Assembly: GCF_006345805.1 (NCBI RefSeq)
Contig: NC_043009.1
Span: 8,556,001-8,620,000, forward strand
Direction: 5' to 3'
Length of the DNA: 64,000 nt
Origin: Octopus sinensis
Taxonomy: Eukaryota
Shown: piece after piece, positions 51,566-64,000 of the stretch
Layout of the letters: each line of letters starts with the position of its first letter
How positions within the stretch are numbered: position 1 is the first letter of the stretch
Notes under the pieces: generated by a model
The model's database searches: none
The model's input: the letters and a program-made list of their open reading frames with translations, nothing else
Told to the model about the DNA's origin: nothing
Made by a program: the position numbers and the translations under genes

Positions 51566-52761
51566 AGTAACTCAGGGAGTCCCCAATGTTTTCTTTGAAT
51601 GAAACAAAATGCATTTTGTTGAACTCATGGTTTTAACAGCACACATAAAGCGTGTGTGCGTGTATGGTTTATAACATGCCAAATATTATAAACAGACTAA
51701 CAACAGTTTTGATCTTTGCTTCTCATAGAAAATGAATAAATATGTGTTTTATAAAAGGTTCCATCATGAACAAATGTTCAGGATTGACATCTTTTTTTTT
51801 TTTTTTTTTTGTCGTAACAAATCAAATTTTTTGTTAAAATACTTTGAATCGCTGAATGGTTGAGAACTGAACAGTTGCGTGACATTCATACTGCATAAAA
51901 AGCACACAGAAAAAATAGCAAAAAAATAGCAAAAAAAATTTCTTTAGTTCATATGAATAAAATAAAAAATATATAGTCCCTTATTTTTATCATCATATAT
52001 CAAAAAGAAATGCAAGTGAACGACTGATATCCTCACACAATAAAGCTTCAACTATTTCAAACAGATTTGTATTGTTAACATGTATATCTATCAATTTTTG
52101 TAGTTTATATATGTTATACACATACACACACACACACACAATATTGTCTCATCACATTGACTGCCTGAAAATCATAAGATGTGTGTGTGTGTGTGTGTGC
52201 GTGATAATATACGTAAATGTTGAACAATGATATATATATATATCCTGTATGGTAAGGCTTCAATTTGATCATCTAAAAGAGATATAGTGAAAACCACAAG
52301 ACTCACTAATATATATATATATATAATATATATATATTATATATATATATATTATATATTATATATATATATATATACAATGTATTTGTATATATAAACA
52401 TACATGTATGTTCATGTATTTATATATGCATGCATATGCAATTATATATATATGTATGTATGTCACGTGTTTCATAACAAAAGGAGTAGACCTCAGTATT
52501 GCTGGAAATAGAAGACTAAACTTATTAAATGTATTAAACAAGTTTACAACAGGTGAAGAACAGCAAGCAGCAGATAAATTACTGTCAAGAAACCCAGAGT
52601 TCTGAATGCACACCTATACTATTCAAGAAATGATATGTAAATGTATATAATATATAGGTGCTGATATGGCACCTTGAGCAAGTGTCTTTGGTTAATATGC
52701 GGTTGTAAGAAAGTATGAGTGAGTTCTGATGGAAATCCTAACATTTCATTAAAAGAATATC

Positions 52762-52993
52762 TATATCTTTACTACCCACAAGGAGCTAAACACAGAGAGG
52801 ACAAACAAGGACAGACAAACAGATTAAGTCGATTACATTGCCCCCAGTGCGTAACTGGTACTTAATTTATCGACCCCGAAAGGATGAAAAGCAAAGTCGA
52901 CCTCGGCGGAATTTGAACTCAGAACGTAACAGCAGACGAAATACGGCTACACATTTCGCCTGGCGTGCTAATGTTTCTGCCAGCTCGCCGCCT
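52762..52993 (-). mobile_element. Family B SINE with 14-bp TSD
   Basis: TSD attaaaagaatatc at 52748-52761 and 52994-53007. Confidence 0.92.
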
Positions 52994-53279
52994 ATTAAAA
53001 GAATATCACAGACTCCCTCATTATGCCACATCCACATGTAGAGGATATGTTAAGCATTTCAGAAATAACAGCTGAAGTACACTATTCCACTGAGAGGTGT
53101 TGTTGTTTGTATCTTATGTAAAATGTATGTAGTTTGCATGTTATGTTAAATACATGGATGTTCAATACGTTGGTTATGTCACAGACATTGTTTACATGAG
53201 TTTATGCGATGCCATTGTTTTCGCTTCTGGTTTTACTTTCATTATTTTTAAGACAGGCTACTTCCACATTTTTACAACC

Positions 53280-53597
53280 ATAAACTGCATGTCAGCCACG
53301 TTTTTCACTGTGGCCCTTGGGCTAAACAAAGCCTTTGTGAGTGGATTTGGTAGGTAGAAACTGGAAGAAACCCATCGTATATGTGTGTGTGTGTGTATGT
53401 CTGTGTTTGCACCCCCCCAACATTGCTTGACAACCGATGCTGGTTTGTTTACATCCCCATAACTTAATGGTTTGGCAAAAGAGAATAAGTACAAGGCTTA
53501 CAAAGAATAAGTCCTGGGGGTCAATTTGCTTGACTAAAGGCGGTGCTCCAGCGTGGCCACAGTCAAATGACTGAAACAAGTTAAAGAGTAAAAAGAG
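53280..53597 (+). mobile_element. 5'-truncated family A SINE
   Basis: Body and tail homologous to 54883-55301. Confidence 0.85.
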
Positions 53598-53812
53598 TAT
53601 ATAAATGACCCTTGGATCAGTTATTAGAAAAGTATAGCTCTACATTATATATATTTGAAAAAATGTTCCAAACTTTTGGCCTTGGCTGTAAACATATATA
53701 TATATAGTATTTAATCATATCAAACGAAATGGAAATTAATTAAATTTAACTTTTCCAGTGGTCTAACATGTAAAAAAATTTAGTCGAAAAGACTATATAT
53801 TAGTCATACGAT

Positions 53813-54051
53813 ATAGTGTATATTTAAACACATAAGGAATCCACTTATATGGATTCTACACGCTAGAAAGAACAGCTAGGTTCTATAACCACAAAAATTG
53901 GGGATAAAATTCGACAGGAATAAATTTGGAAATGAAAAAGATTTATCCTGTCGAATTTTATCCCTAATTTTGTGGTTATAGATCCTAGCTGTTCTTTCTA
54001 GCATGTAGAAATCCTATAAGTGGATTCCTTATGTGTTTAAATATACACTAT
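53813..54051. repeat. Inverted repeat (~112-bp arms, ~15-nt spacer)
   Basis: 53813-53924 versus the reverse complement of 53940-54051; a few small indels and mismatches. Confidence 0.95.
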
Positions 54052-54224
54052 GCCATATGATATATATATATATATATATATATAAGACTCATCAATCTAA
54101 GTGAAATCATAGTTGTGGCTGATGCTGGTGCCACATAACTGGCACATGCTTGTAGCATGTCAAAAGCACTTGTTCCACTCTTGGAGTGGTTGGCATCTGG
54201 CTATAGAAACCATGCCAAATCAGA

Positions 54225-54810
54225 TTTCAAATTCTGCCGAGGTCAACATTGCCTTGCAACCTTTCAGGGTCAATAAAATAAATACCAGCCATATACTTGG
54301 ATCGTTGTCATCAACTTAAACCCTCCTCTGAAATTGCTGGCTTTGTGCCAAAATTTGAAACCATTATTATAATTATTGTGTAAAAGCTATGAGCTGGCAG
54401 AATCACCAGCAATCTGGACAAAACACTTTGCAGCATTTTGTCAGTCTCTATAGTACGAGTTCAAATTCCACTGAGGTTAACTTGGCCTTCCATCTTTCCA
54501 GCTCAATGAAATAAGAACCAGCTAAGCACTGTGATCTGTGTAACCCACTTACCTGCTTCCCCCAAATTGCTGGCCTTGTACAAAATTTGAAACCATTAAT
54601 ATAATTATTGTGTAAGGTGACATGCTGGACAAAGCGCTGTGCAGCATTTTGCCTGTCTTTACGATCTGAGTTCAAATTCCACCGAGGTCAAATACGCTTT
54701 TTCACCCTTTTTGGGTTTGATGAAATGAGTACCAGTTGAGCACTGGGATCCATGTAATCGACTCACCCGCTCCCTGAAATTGCTGGCCTTGTGCCAAAAT
54801 TTGAAACATA
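54225..54810 (+). mobile_element. Three head-to-tail diverged B-related SINE units
   Basis: Each unit has ttcaaatt(c/t)...gagg...ttgctgg(c/t)(c/t)ttgt...aaaatttgaaac; units 1 and 2 share the spacer ataattattgtgtaa. Confidence 0.7.
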
Positions 54811-54882
54811 TGCATACACATACACTCCTACATGTATATATGCATACATTGAAGCATACATATATATATACATATATATATA

Positions 54883-55301
54883 GGCGCAGGAGTGACTGTG
54901 TGGTAAGTAGCTTGCTAACCAACCACATGGTTCCGGGTTCAGTCCCACTGCGTGGCATCTTGGGCAAGTGTCTTCTGCTATAGCCCTGGGCCGACCAATG
55001 CCTTGTGAGTGGATTTGGTAGACGGAAACTGAAAGAAGCCTGTCGTATATATGTATATATATATATATATGTGTGTGTGTGTTTGTGTGTCTTTGTTTGT
55101 CCCCCTAGCATTGCTTTGACAACCAATGCTGGTGTGTTTACGTCTCCGTCACTTAGCGATTCGGCAAAAAGAGGACCGATAGAATAAGTACTGGGCTTAC
55201 AAAGAATAAGTCCCGGGGTCGATTTGCTCGACTAAAGGCGGTGCTCCAGCATGGCCGCAGTCAAATGACTGAAATAAGTAAAAGTGTAAAAGAGTAAAGA
55301 G
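54883..55301 (+). mobile_element. Full-length tRNA-derived SINE (family A)
   Basis: ggcgcaggagtgactgtgtggtaag (A-box-like), ggttcagtccc (B-box-like), CORE-like cttgggcaagt, (agagtaa)n tail. Confidence 0.93.
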
Positions 55302-55559
55302 TATACATGTTTGAGACCCAAATGTGTGTATAAAACTAGTTAAGTGAATGGTTTAGCAACCAGTCCCCATGACCAGCCTGTTACTATGATGATTCACACC
55401 GAGACGAGTATTTAAATGGCCATAATGTGATGTTTATAATATATCTCTATAGATTTATTTGCTTACAATAACTACTGCTGCACGTCCCTTCTATGCTAAT
55501 CATTTTATTGTTGTTAATTTTTATTTATTATTTTTTGTCAATGTTTAGCTCATACTGAC

Positions 55560-55711
55560 TCCGTGTATATATATGTGCACTTTTGTGCATATAAATGTAT
55601 GTGTATTTATATATGCGACTGTGTGTGCATACATAATACTCTGTTTCTTATTTTCTGTGTGTGTATGTGTGTGAATATATATGTATGTGTATGTGTTTAT
55701 ATGTGTGTTTG

Positions 55712-55744
<33 letters not shown>

Positions 55745-55825
55745 ATATATATATATATATACACACATACATATATATATTTATACACATATATATATAT
55801 ATATATGTACATTTATGTATATGTA

Positions 55826-55856
<31 letters not shown>

Positions 55857-55901
55857 ATGTACATATATGTATATATATTATGTATGTATATGTATATATA
55901 T

Positions 55902-55944
<43 letters not shown>

Positions 55945-56185
55945 TGTACATATTTGTATATATAATATGTATGTATATATATATATATATATTATATATA
56001 TATATATATACATACACACACATATATATGGATATATAATTATATATATGATACATATATATATATATATATTTATGTATATATAATTATGTATTACATA
56101 TTCATACATATATACACATATCATGCATAAATGTATGTATGTATATGTGTGTGTTCATATGACTAAGTCCTGTGCGCTTTATATG

Positions 56186-56219
<34 letters not shown>

Positions 56220-56770
56220 AAACAGAAAGCATGTGTTTGTTAATTGTGTTTTGCTAATTCAAATAGGTTTTTCAACGTATTTATCATAATTAAGTTACAT
56301 ATAGCTAATTAGAATAAAATAGATAATTGGATTTGTTCCCCATTTATCTCTCTATAACTTTTCGTGTTTGTTCACGTAAGTGAAACTGTTCCTTTTGCGA
56401 TGTGTGCGTCTGTAACTATCCGTGCATGTGGGGATCTGTCTCTCTGCATTTGTCTGTGTGTGTGTACACATACACACACTCATTTGTGTATGTGTATGTA
56501 TGTATGTATGTGTATGTGTGTGTGTGTATATGTATATATATATATACACACTGTATGTAGGTATGTATGTATGTATACACAGGCATGTATTTTATATGTA
56601 GTGTGTTGAATGTGTGCTTCTGTTTGCTTGTGTGTGTGTGTGTGTATATATATGTGTATATATATATATATACACACACTTGTATGTATGTATGTATGTA
56701 TACACAGGCATGTATTTTGTATGTAGTGTGTGAATGTGTCCTGTTTGCTTGTGTGTGTGTGTGTGTTGGA
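55560..56770. repeat. Extended AT/GT microsatellite block with an internal ~120-bp duplication
   Basis: tatacacaggcatgtatttt(a/g)tatgtagtgtgt occurs at ~56575 and ~56700. Confidence 0.9.
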
Positions 56771-57456
56771 CTATTTAACGTTTCTATGTCTAAGTGTTTG
56801 TTTTGTATGTATTTTGTGTATTTTGAAAACCCTGTAACTTAATGTAAATATCCTAGTAAGAAAGAATGTGTGTGTGTGTGTGTGTGTGGTAATGTTTTTG
56901 CTTACATGACGTCTTACAAACTTAGTGTCATTATTAGTCATGTTTAGAATATTGATGGTAGGAACTAAAATATTCCTGCTGAAATAAAGTCAGATCAGAT
57001 CAGTTGTTTGTTAGTCATCTCTACTACTAGTAAAACAGTTATTGCTTTTAGTTGTTTGTTTGAATGAATTTCATTCAGAAAGAAGTACTAGAAGAAGGCA
57101 GTGCTCAAGTGTGGCCTTATCCAAGATGGTGGTTAACATAAACCAAATAACTGATGAATATGATAAATAAGGATCATTATAATTATCATTTTAATGTTCA
57201 CTTTTCCATCCTTGCATGGGTCAGACAGAATTCGTTCAGGAAGATTTTCTACAGTTGGATGCCCTTCCTGTTGCTAACCCTCACCTATTTCCAAGCAAAG
57301 TAATATTTTCCCATGACCTCAGATGTGTTTTTCGTAAAAGTTTGGAAATGAAGGACACCGCTTGTATGTGGTGACTCTCGTTTACAGCTATCACATGATG
57401 TCAGGACAGGGAAACACACACACGTGCGTGTGTGCCTGTGGAATACATCAAGAATA

Positions 57457-57690
57457 TGTATTTCTTTACTACCCACAAGGGGCTAAACACAGAGGGGACA
57501 AACAAGGACAGACAAAGGGATTAAGTCAATTACATCTACCCCAGTGCGTAACTGGTACTTAATTTATCGACCCCAAAAGGATGAAAGGCAAAGTCGACCT
57601 CAGCGGAATTTGAACTCAGAACGTAACAGCAGACGAAATACGGCTACACATTTCGCCCGACGTGCTAACGTTTCTGCCAGCTCGCCACCT
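57457..57690 (-). mobile_element. Family B SINE sharing flanks with the 52762 copy
   Basis: Right flank attaaaagaat; left flank catcaagaatat. Confidence 0.9.
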
Positions 57691-58708
57691 ATTAAAAGAA
57701 TTTGAACTCGGAACGCAACGACAGACGAAATACGGCGAAATGGTTGAAGGGCATCTAGCCATAGAAACCCTGCCAAAACAGACAGTGTAGCCTGGCGCAG
57801 TCTTCTGGCTTGCGATCTCCCGTCAAACTGTCCAACCCATGCCAGCTTGGAAAAACAGACATTAAATGGTGAGGATAATGGCAGCAATGGTGATGATGAT
57901 GATTATATTTGTGTTTTAGCAGCTATAAAGGTAACTGTGAACGAAGCAGTACTGTTGGTAAGTCTTCCAGTTCTGCAGCATAGTCCATACCCTACTCAGA
58001 CACTTTTATTTGCCACCTTTTTATCTGGGCGAAGAGTAGCTATGAAATGAGGAAGCCTCTACATGGCTTTTCAGCTTGCTAGAAGCAGCACTGAAATTCC
58101 TTAATACCACACTATCATCTTGAACAAGGAAGGACATATTGTATAATATTGCCCTCCATATACAATAGTTGGGTTGGTCATGCCCAGGGACACTTTTGAT
58201 CATAAGCCAGCTCAACTAAGGATGATCAAGAGCTGATAAGCTACAACTGTTTACGGAACATCGATGGAGTATCTATAGGTTGTTTGAATTGCTAGATAGT
58301 AGTCACACCTCTCCTTCAAAATAGAAGGACATGGTTCATAACATAGTTCTAGATACACTATGAATAAATTTGAGATGGTCATGCCTGGAACAACTTGAAT
58401 CATAGTTCTGCCTGATCATGGGTAACCTACCTAGGGTTAAACAACAACAAACGACTGTAAAAGAATTAACAAAACTTCAATCCAAACACTGTATTTGCTC
58501 ACAATGTGTGTGTGAATGTGTTGAAGTCTCAATTTTGTGATCCTTGGTTCACTTTGTGAATGGAATTTGGCTCACAGAAACTGTGTGGAAGCTTATTGGT
58601 GTAAACCAATGTGTCAAGTTGTGTTTCTTTATGCAAAGACTGTAACTTAACATTTACCAATTTGTTTTGCAAGATTCTTGATGTGAAATCGTGTATTGAA
58701 ACAGATTG

Positions 58709-59152
58709 TTGTATTTCAGATTTTTTTTTTTTTTTTTTTGCCAAATAAACACACGCACTATATATATATTTTTTCCTTCACTTGTTTATTACTGTTCTTA
58801 TCTTATTATTCTAACTCACGTCCATTGTCCAGAAATCTTTCATCACACATCTGTGACCTCTTCAGTGACACTTTTCGTTTTCGTATCTGTTCTTACTCCA
58901 CTTACTCCATTCTGTTCTTCTAAGATGTGTATCCTGTCTTAGAGGAACAGAATGGAGTAAGTGGAGCAAGAACACATGAAAACAAAAAGTGTCACTGAAG
59001 AGGTCACAGATGTGTGACAAAAAGATTCCTGGACATTGGACATGAGTTAGAATAATAATATAAGAACAGTAATAAACAAGTGAAGGAAAATATATATTGC
59101 ATGTGTTTATTTGGCAAAATAAAAACAAAAAAAAGACCATCCTGAAATACAA
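58709..59152. repeat. Fold-back inverted repeat (~215-bp arms, 11-nt spacer)
   Basis: 58709-58925 versus the reverse complement of 58937-59152; loop tgtgtatcctg. Confidence 0.95.
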
Positions 59153-59269
59153 TGATATGTAAGCTAACACTTCCTGAAATAAATACACAGATTGAAATAA
59201 ATACACAGTCAATGTGATTGAATACAGTCTCGCATGGTTGCAGTTCAGTGACAAAACAAATATAAGTTA

Positions 59270-59900
59270 CACAGATGTGGGTGTGTGGTAAGAAACTTTC
59301 TTTTCAGCCACATGGTTCCCGGTTCAGTCCCACAGTGTGACACCTTGGAAAAGTGTCTTCTACTAAAGCCTTGTGAGGGTATATGGTGTACAGAAACTGA
59401 AAGAAGCCCATCATTATATATATATATATATATTATATATATATATACATATATATAGATGATGTTTGTGTCTGTGTTTGTCCTCAACCACTGTTTGACA
59501 ACTGGCTTTGGTATGTTTCTGTCCCCGTAACCTAGTGGTTTGGCAAAAGAGACTGACAGAATAAGTAACAGGCTTTAAAATTTAAAAAAAAGTACTAGGC
59601 TAGGTACATTCAGCTAAAAATTCTTCCAGGCATTGCCCCAGCATGGCTGAAACAAGAAATTGAAGGCAGCGAGCTGGCAGAAATGTTAGCACGCCGGGCG
59701 AAATGCTTAGCAGTATTTCGTATGCTGTTACGTTCTGAGTTCAAATTCCGCCAAGGTCGACTTTGCCCCTTTCATCCTTTCGGGATCAATAAATTAAGTA
59801 CCAGTTATGCACTGGGGTCGATGTAATCGACTTAATCCCCTTGTCTGTCCTTGTTTGTCCCCTCTATGTTTAGCCCCTTATGGGCAATAAAGAAATATGA
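59270..59900 (+). mobile_element. Family A SINE followed by family B SINE
   Basis: A at ~59270-59660; B from aaggcagcgagctggcag (~59663) to aataaagaaat. Confidence 0.85.
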
Positions 59901-59963
59901 AACAAGTAAAAGATAAAAGAAGATACATTCAAACATGAACGTACATCCCGCACACACTCTGGC

Positions 59964-59999
<36 letters not shown>

Positions 60000-60497
60000 C
60001 AAGTGCCCACCACATTACCAAAATGCTGCATTCCTGAAAAATCTTACTATAACATAGTGTGCTGTAATATTGATTTCAAATTTTGGCACAAGGCCAGCAG
60101 GTTTGGTGGAGGGGGCTACATCAATTAAATCAACCCCAGTGTTTAGCCGGTACTTATTTTTACCAACCCCAAAAGGATGAAAGGCAAAGTCAACCTCAGC
60201 AGAATTTGAACTTAAAACTAAGCATTTTGCCCGGTGTGCTAACGATTCTGCCAGCTTGCAGCCTTTATAGCCTCCTGTAAATCTACAACCTATTTTGCCA
60301 TCAACTTCCATGGAAATCAGGGAACAGTGATGTCAGTGGGAAAATAGATTTGGCATTATGGAACTCTGTATTATGGTAAGGTCTGGGGGAACACGATGCT
60401 CCCAGAACAGAGGGATGCCTGTGTGTACATATATGTGTGTGTGTGTAATGAAATATGACAAGCTAAAATGAAAGGACACTTGAAAATAGAAACACTG

Positions 60498-60598
60498 TTA
60501 TATATGTATGCGTATATATGTATATGTATATATATATTTTTTTAAATACATAGATATTAAATATTTAATGTGTGTAAATATATATACATTATATATAT

Positions 60599-60654
<56 letters not shown>

Positions 60655-60912
60655 TATATACATACATATATACATATATATATATACATACATACATATA
60701 TATATATATACATACATATATATATATATATATACATACATATACATATATATACACACACGCAAATATATATATATATACATATATATACACACACGCA
60801 AATATATATATATATACATATATATACACACACGCAAATATATATATATACATACATATATACACACACGCATATATATATATAGACATACATATATACA
60901 CACACACACACA
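60498..60912. repeat. (TA)n/(TACA)n microsatellite with short minisatellite units
   Basis: Direct reading. Confidence 0.95.
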
Positions 60913-61682
60913 CATCTGTTAGATCATTTCAATGTAGGAAATCTTAAGTGGATTTGTCATTCTGTAATAATTTGTCTCCACAGGTAGCAGCAGGTTGCTA
61001 AACTACATTGTAATGATACAAGACAGATTCTCTTCTTCATTCCTTAATAGCTCAGGTCAATATTGAAGAGGCAGTGGTAGTAGCAGTGGCAATGGTAGCA
61101 GCAGCAGCAGCAGCAGTAGTGGTGGTGGTGGTGGTGGTATCAGAATATTAAATATCAGAGGTGAGAAGGGAGCAAGATATGAGAACGAATTGTCAGGCTA
61201 TAATAGCTGGGGTTAAAATGTGGGAGTTATGTATGAAAGGACATTAAAATCTGCAGTAATTTTATTTTATCCACTTATTTTTGAGGCCGATGGTGGTAGG
61301 GGAAGATGTGGAAAGAGTTGTTTGCTTAGATGTGAACGCTTATATCATTCGGTGATGGCTCGTGTGAATACGGGAGACTAAAAGTCCTCAAGTGAAATTG
61401 TTTCATAAATACATTCTGAGCTATTATTGAAAGACATCTCTCTCTTCTCTCACCAGCCATGTACAGTGTTAGCGTATTACTGGTTTTTATTTTGCAAGTT
61501 CCTCTCAATGATGAATATTTTGTTTTAACTTGACTTCTATGAGATTTGAACTTTCCAAAGTAATATAGATTAGCACTTGTACTGAGCTTTATAGATTAGC
61601 ACTTCGGCAAACACATCCTGTACTGTGCTGCTAATAGACTTCATTACTGATCTTAGATGTCTTCTGTGATAGAGCACCTTAA

Positions 61683-61832
61683 CCCCTTTGTGGCCATATA
61701 TGTAATAAAATAACATTGTAATACAATTAATCTACAATTAATTTTGATGACAATTGAGAATTTGGAACGATTTACTGATGTTTGAAACATAACCTGACAG
61801 AAACGTTCTTGCATAAAATTACAACGAAAGGG
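61683..61832. mobile_element. piggyBac-like MITE
   Basis: TTAA|cccctttg ... acgaaaggg|TTTAA. Confidence 0.6.
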
Positions 61833-61844
61833 TTTAATTTAAAC

Positions 61845-62550
61845 CATTGGTTTTCAACCATTTTTTGCCTATGAACCTCTTTGATTCCTATTTAATTCAA
61901 GTGGAACCTCATAGCCATTCAATATTTAAAAGAAACCTTATTGTCTATTTATAATCAAATATTATTTGGAATCATACTGGTGCTAGGAAGGGTATCCAAC
62001 CATAGAAACCATGCCAAATTAGATTGGAACCTGGTACAGCCCTCCAGCTTACCAATTCCAGACAAATTACATTATGGGCCACTTTAATCACAGAAAGTTG
62101 TTTTGAGGGCCGCTTGTATACTTTATGCACTAATAATTAAAATAATCAAATTACAGAATTGAGAATTTTTTCATACTTTTCGTTTGTTTAAAATTATAAA
62201 ATTATTGGCTTTTGCTTTATTTTGCCACTTATAAATTTTAAATTTATTTTGAAACAAATGTTTTACACAAACAATTTTATTTTAAAATTAAGCACAAGAA
62301 AGTATCGAATGGGCCACAAGATAAAAGTCTGTGGATCGCATGCACACCACAGGCCTCCAGTTGGCCAGCCCTGGTCTAACCCATACTAGCATGGAATGCA
62401 GACATAAAGTGATGATGAGGATGCATTAAAAATTGTTAAAATATTTTGTGTATTGTGGAAGTATAACGCAATTTATTGCAGATAAGATTTTAACAACGAA
62501 ATCTTATATGTACCTCCAAGGGCCATACGAACCCAAGTTGAAGACCACTG
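61845..62550. mobile_element. hAT-Charlie-like MITE with nested insertions
   Basis: atttaaac|cattggttttcaacc ... gttgaagaccactg|atttaaat. Contains family F fragments and a second hAT end (...ttggccagccctg, 62373). Confidence 0.7.
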
Positions 62551-64000
62551 ATTTAAATATTAAACAATATAAAATAGGTAGTTTTGTATTGGAGAGCTTA
62601 TATAATGTTCTGTAATCTGCTGAAGATTTTGTATTGTTGTTCTTGTTGATTAGCCACTGGTATGCCCTAATCTAGCAGATCTATGATCAAAAGTATTCCA
62701 GTCTTAACCATACCTCCATTGCCTCCCTGACATAGTATATAAATATATATCTAGGGGTTACATTAGCTAATGTGTTCTTAAATTTTTTTAGAAAGTAGTG
62801 TATGCTTTGAGGAAAATTTTGTTACTAATTTTAGAAGATTGACTGCAGACAGGCTCCCTCATTGTCCAGCTGTCTACTTTGTGGATATTTTCAGGGTGGG
62901 TACATTGAATTTTTTTTTACTGATAGTTTCTTTCAGTCTTAGGATAAATTTGAACTCAGCACTGTGATACATTGATTTTGATATAGAGACAGACAGCCGT
63001 AGCTATTTTCAGCAATGGTGCTGTCAAATGTCTGTTCACTGGTTTGAATTCCTTATCTTTTAAAGATGTCAAAGTCCATGATTGCAAGAGGTATAGTCTG
63101 AAGTAGATTGCTGCCTAAAGGGTTAAAAGTCCTGCATGTCTCCAATCCATTTCCGAAGACAGTGGTTATATTTCTCTGCTCCTGGCATTAATGCTTCAAT
63201 GCTCCTCATTTTCTTCACCTACTTCCTCTAAACAGGTTCATTTCAGTCACTTGTTTCACTCATATTTGTTTCCAAATTATCATCTAATCTAGTTTGTTTT
63301 ATATATTCATTTATTTTTCCTTCGTTTCTATTTTACTGTAAATAGCCACATTAAACCTTCCATTGGAACTAATTTCAGTGGTCTGTGTTGATATCCATTA
63401 CTACAGACCATTGGACTGTGGCAGCGAGCTATTAGCAAACGAACAACATCATGTAGTTGTAGTTGGAAGAAATATTTCCTCGCTTAAAGTTGAAGTTATT
63501 TTTGCAAATACGTTGCTGTTAAAATGTCTTTATATCAATCTTTCCATAATGAGTAAATTTGTTATTTTTATGTGTTTTGTGTATTTTTAGGTTTTGTTGT
63601 TGTTTTTTTTAATATGTAAAAGAATATTGATTTCAAATTCTATTAAAGAACCATTCTTCAAGGTCCCAAGTAATTTGCTTCTATGTAAAACATATTCCTG
63701 TGGTAGCTTTTTCTAATTAATAAATATTTATAAATAGATTGTAATGAAGTAAACTAATCAATGTCTACAAATATAGACTCTGTCTCGTTAGTGTCACTAT
63801 GATTTCTATATTTGGATATGTCCAACATTGAACACACATCCTATTTCAATCATTTCTGAGTGTTTGTCGGTATTATCATTTAAAATGTTCTTGAATTTGA
63901 AACAGACATAGTTAGCAATGGATAATTCCCTTGTCGGGTTGCAAAGGCACCAGGGAATACATCATGGAAGCACATCCTGGCCTAGACAACATAATGAAGG

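Noticed and set aside
50782-51602. Long ORFs of 100-197 aa (YI/MY/VC-rich), also at 18980-19333, 55545-56124 and 60498-60947
   Set aside because: These are translations of TA/TG microsatellites, which lack stop codons in several frames.
55385-55430. atgatga...gagac...gta hammerhead-like trace
   Set aside because: The core is mutated at several positions and there are no stems.
61040-61230. Ser/Gly-rich exon
   Set aside because: (GCA)n/(GGT)n microsatellite with an in-frame stop upstream and no supporting evidence.

Overview
AT-rich, repeat-dense eukaryotic DNA, most likely intronic or intergenic sequence from a coleoid cephalopod (probably Octopus; inferred from the tRNA-derived SINE families and the very high TA/TG microsatellite load, not from a database search). 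No protein-coding gene can be supported. The six-frame ORFs are microsatellite, SINE or decayed-LINE readthroughs, and only three weak exon candidates are noted. Supported content: many tRNA-derived SINEs, decayed Tx1-like and RTE LINE 3' ends, and hAT, piggyBac and Tc1/mariner MITEs with readable TIRs and TSDs. The main discovery is a near-identical 562-bp tandem array (5 integral head-to-tail units at 19234-22054, plus one inverted, circularly permuted unit at 22048-22618) inserted in a TA/ATGT microsatellite. Every unit carries a type I hammerhead ribozyme motif (CUGAUGA...GAAA...GUC with stems I-III, a palindromic stem III and a non-canonical A.A pair closing stem II). This is the architecture of a retrozyme or Penelope-mobilised ribozyme satellite with a twin-priming-like 5' inversion. 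A second TA-targeted family (40386-40643, 46585-46920) also carries a hammerhead (GUA site, U.U closing pair) and 5' inversions, and decayed hammerheads occur at 2631 and 42474. The window also contains several long fold-back inverted duplications and an apparent CpG-depletion boundary near 12.7 kb.
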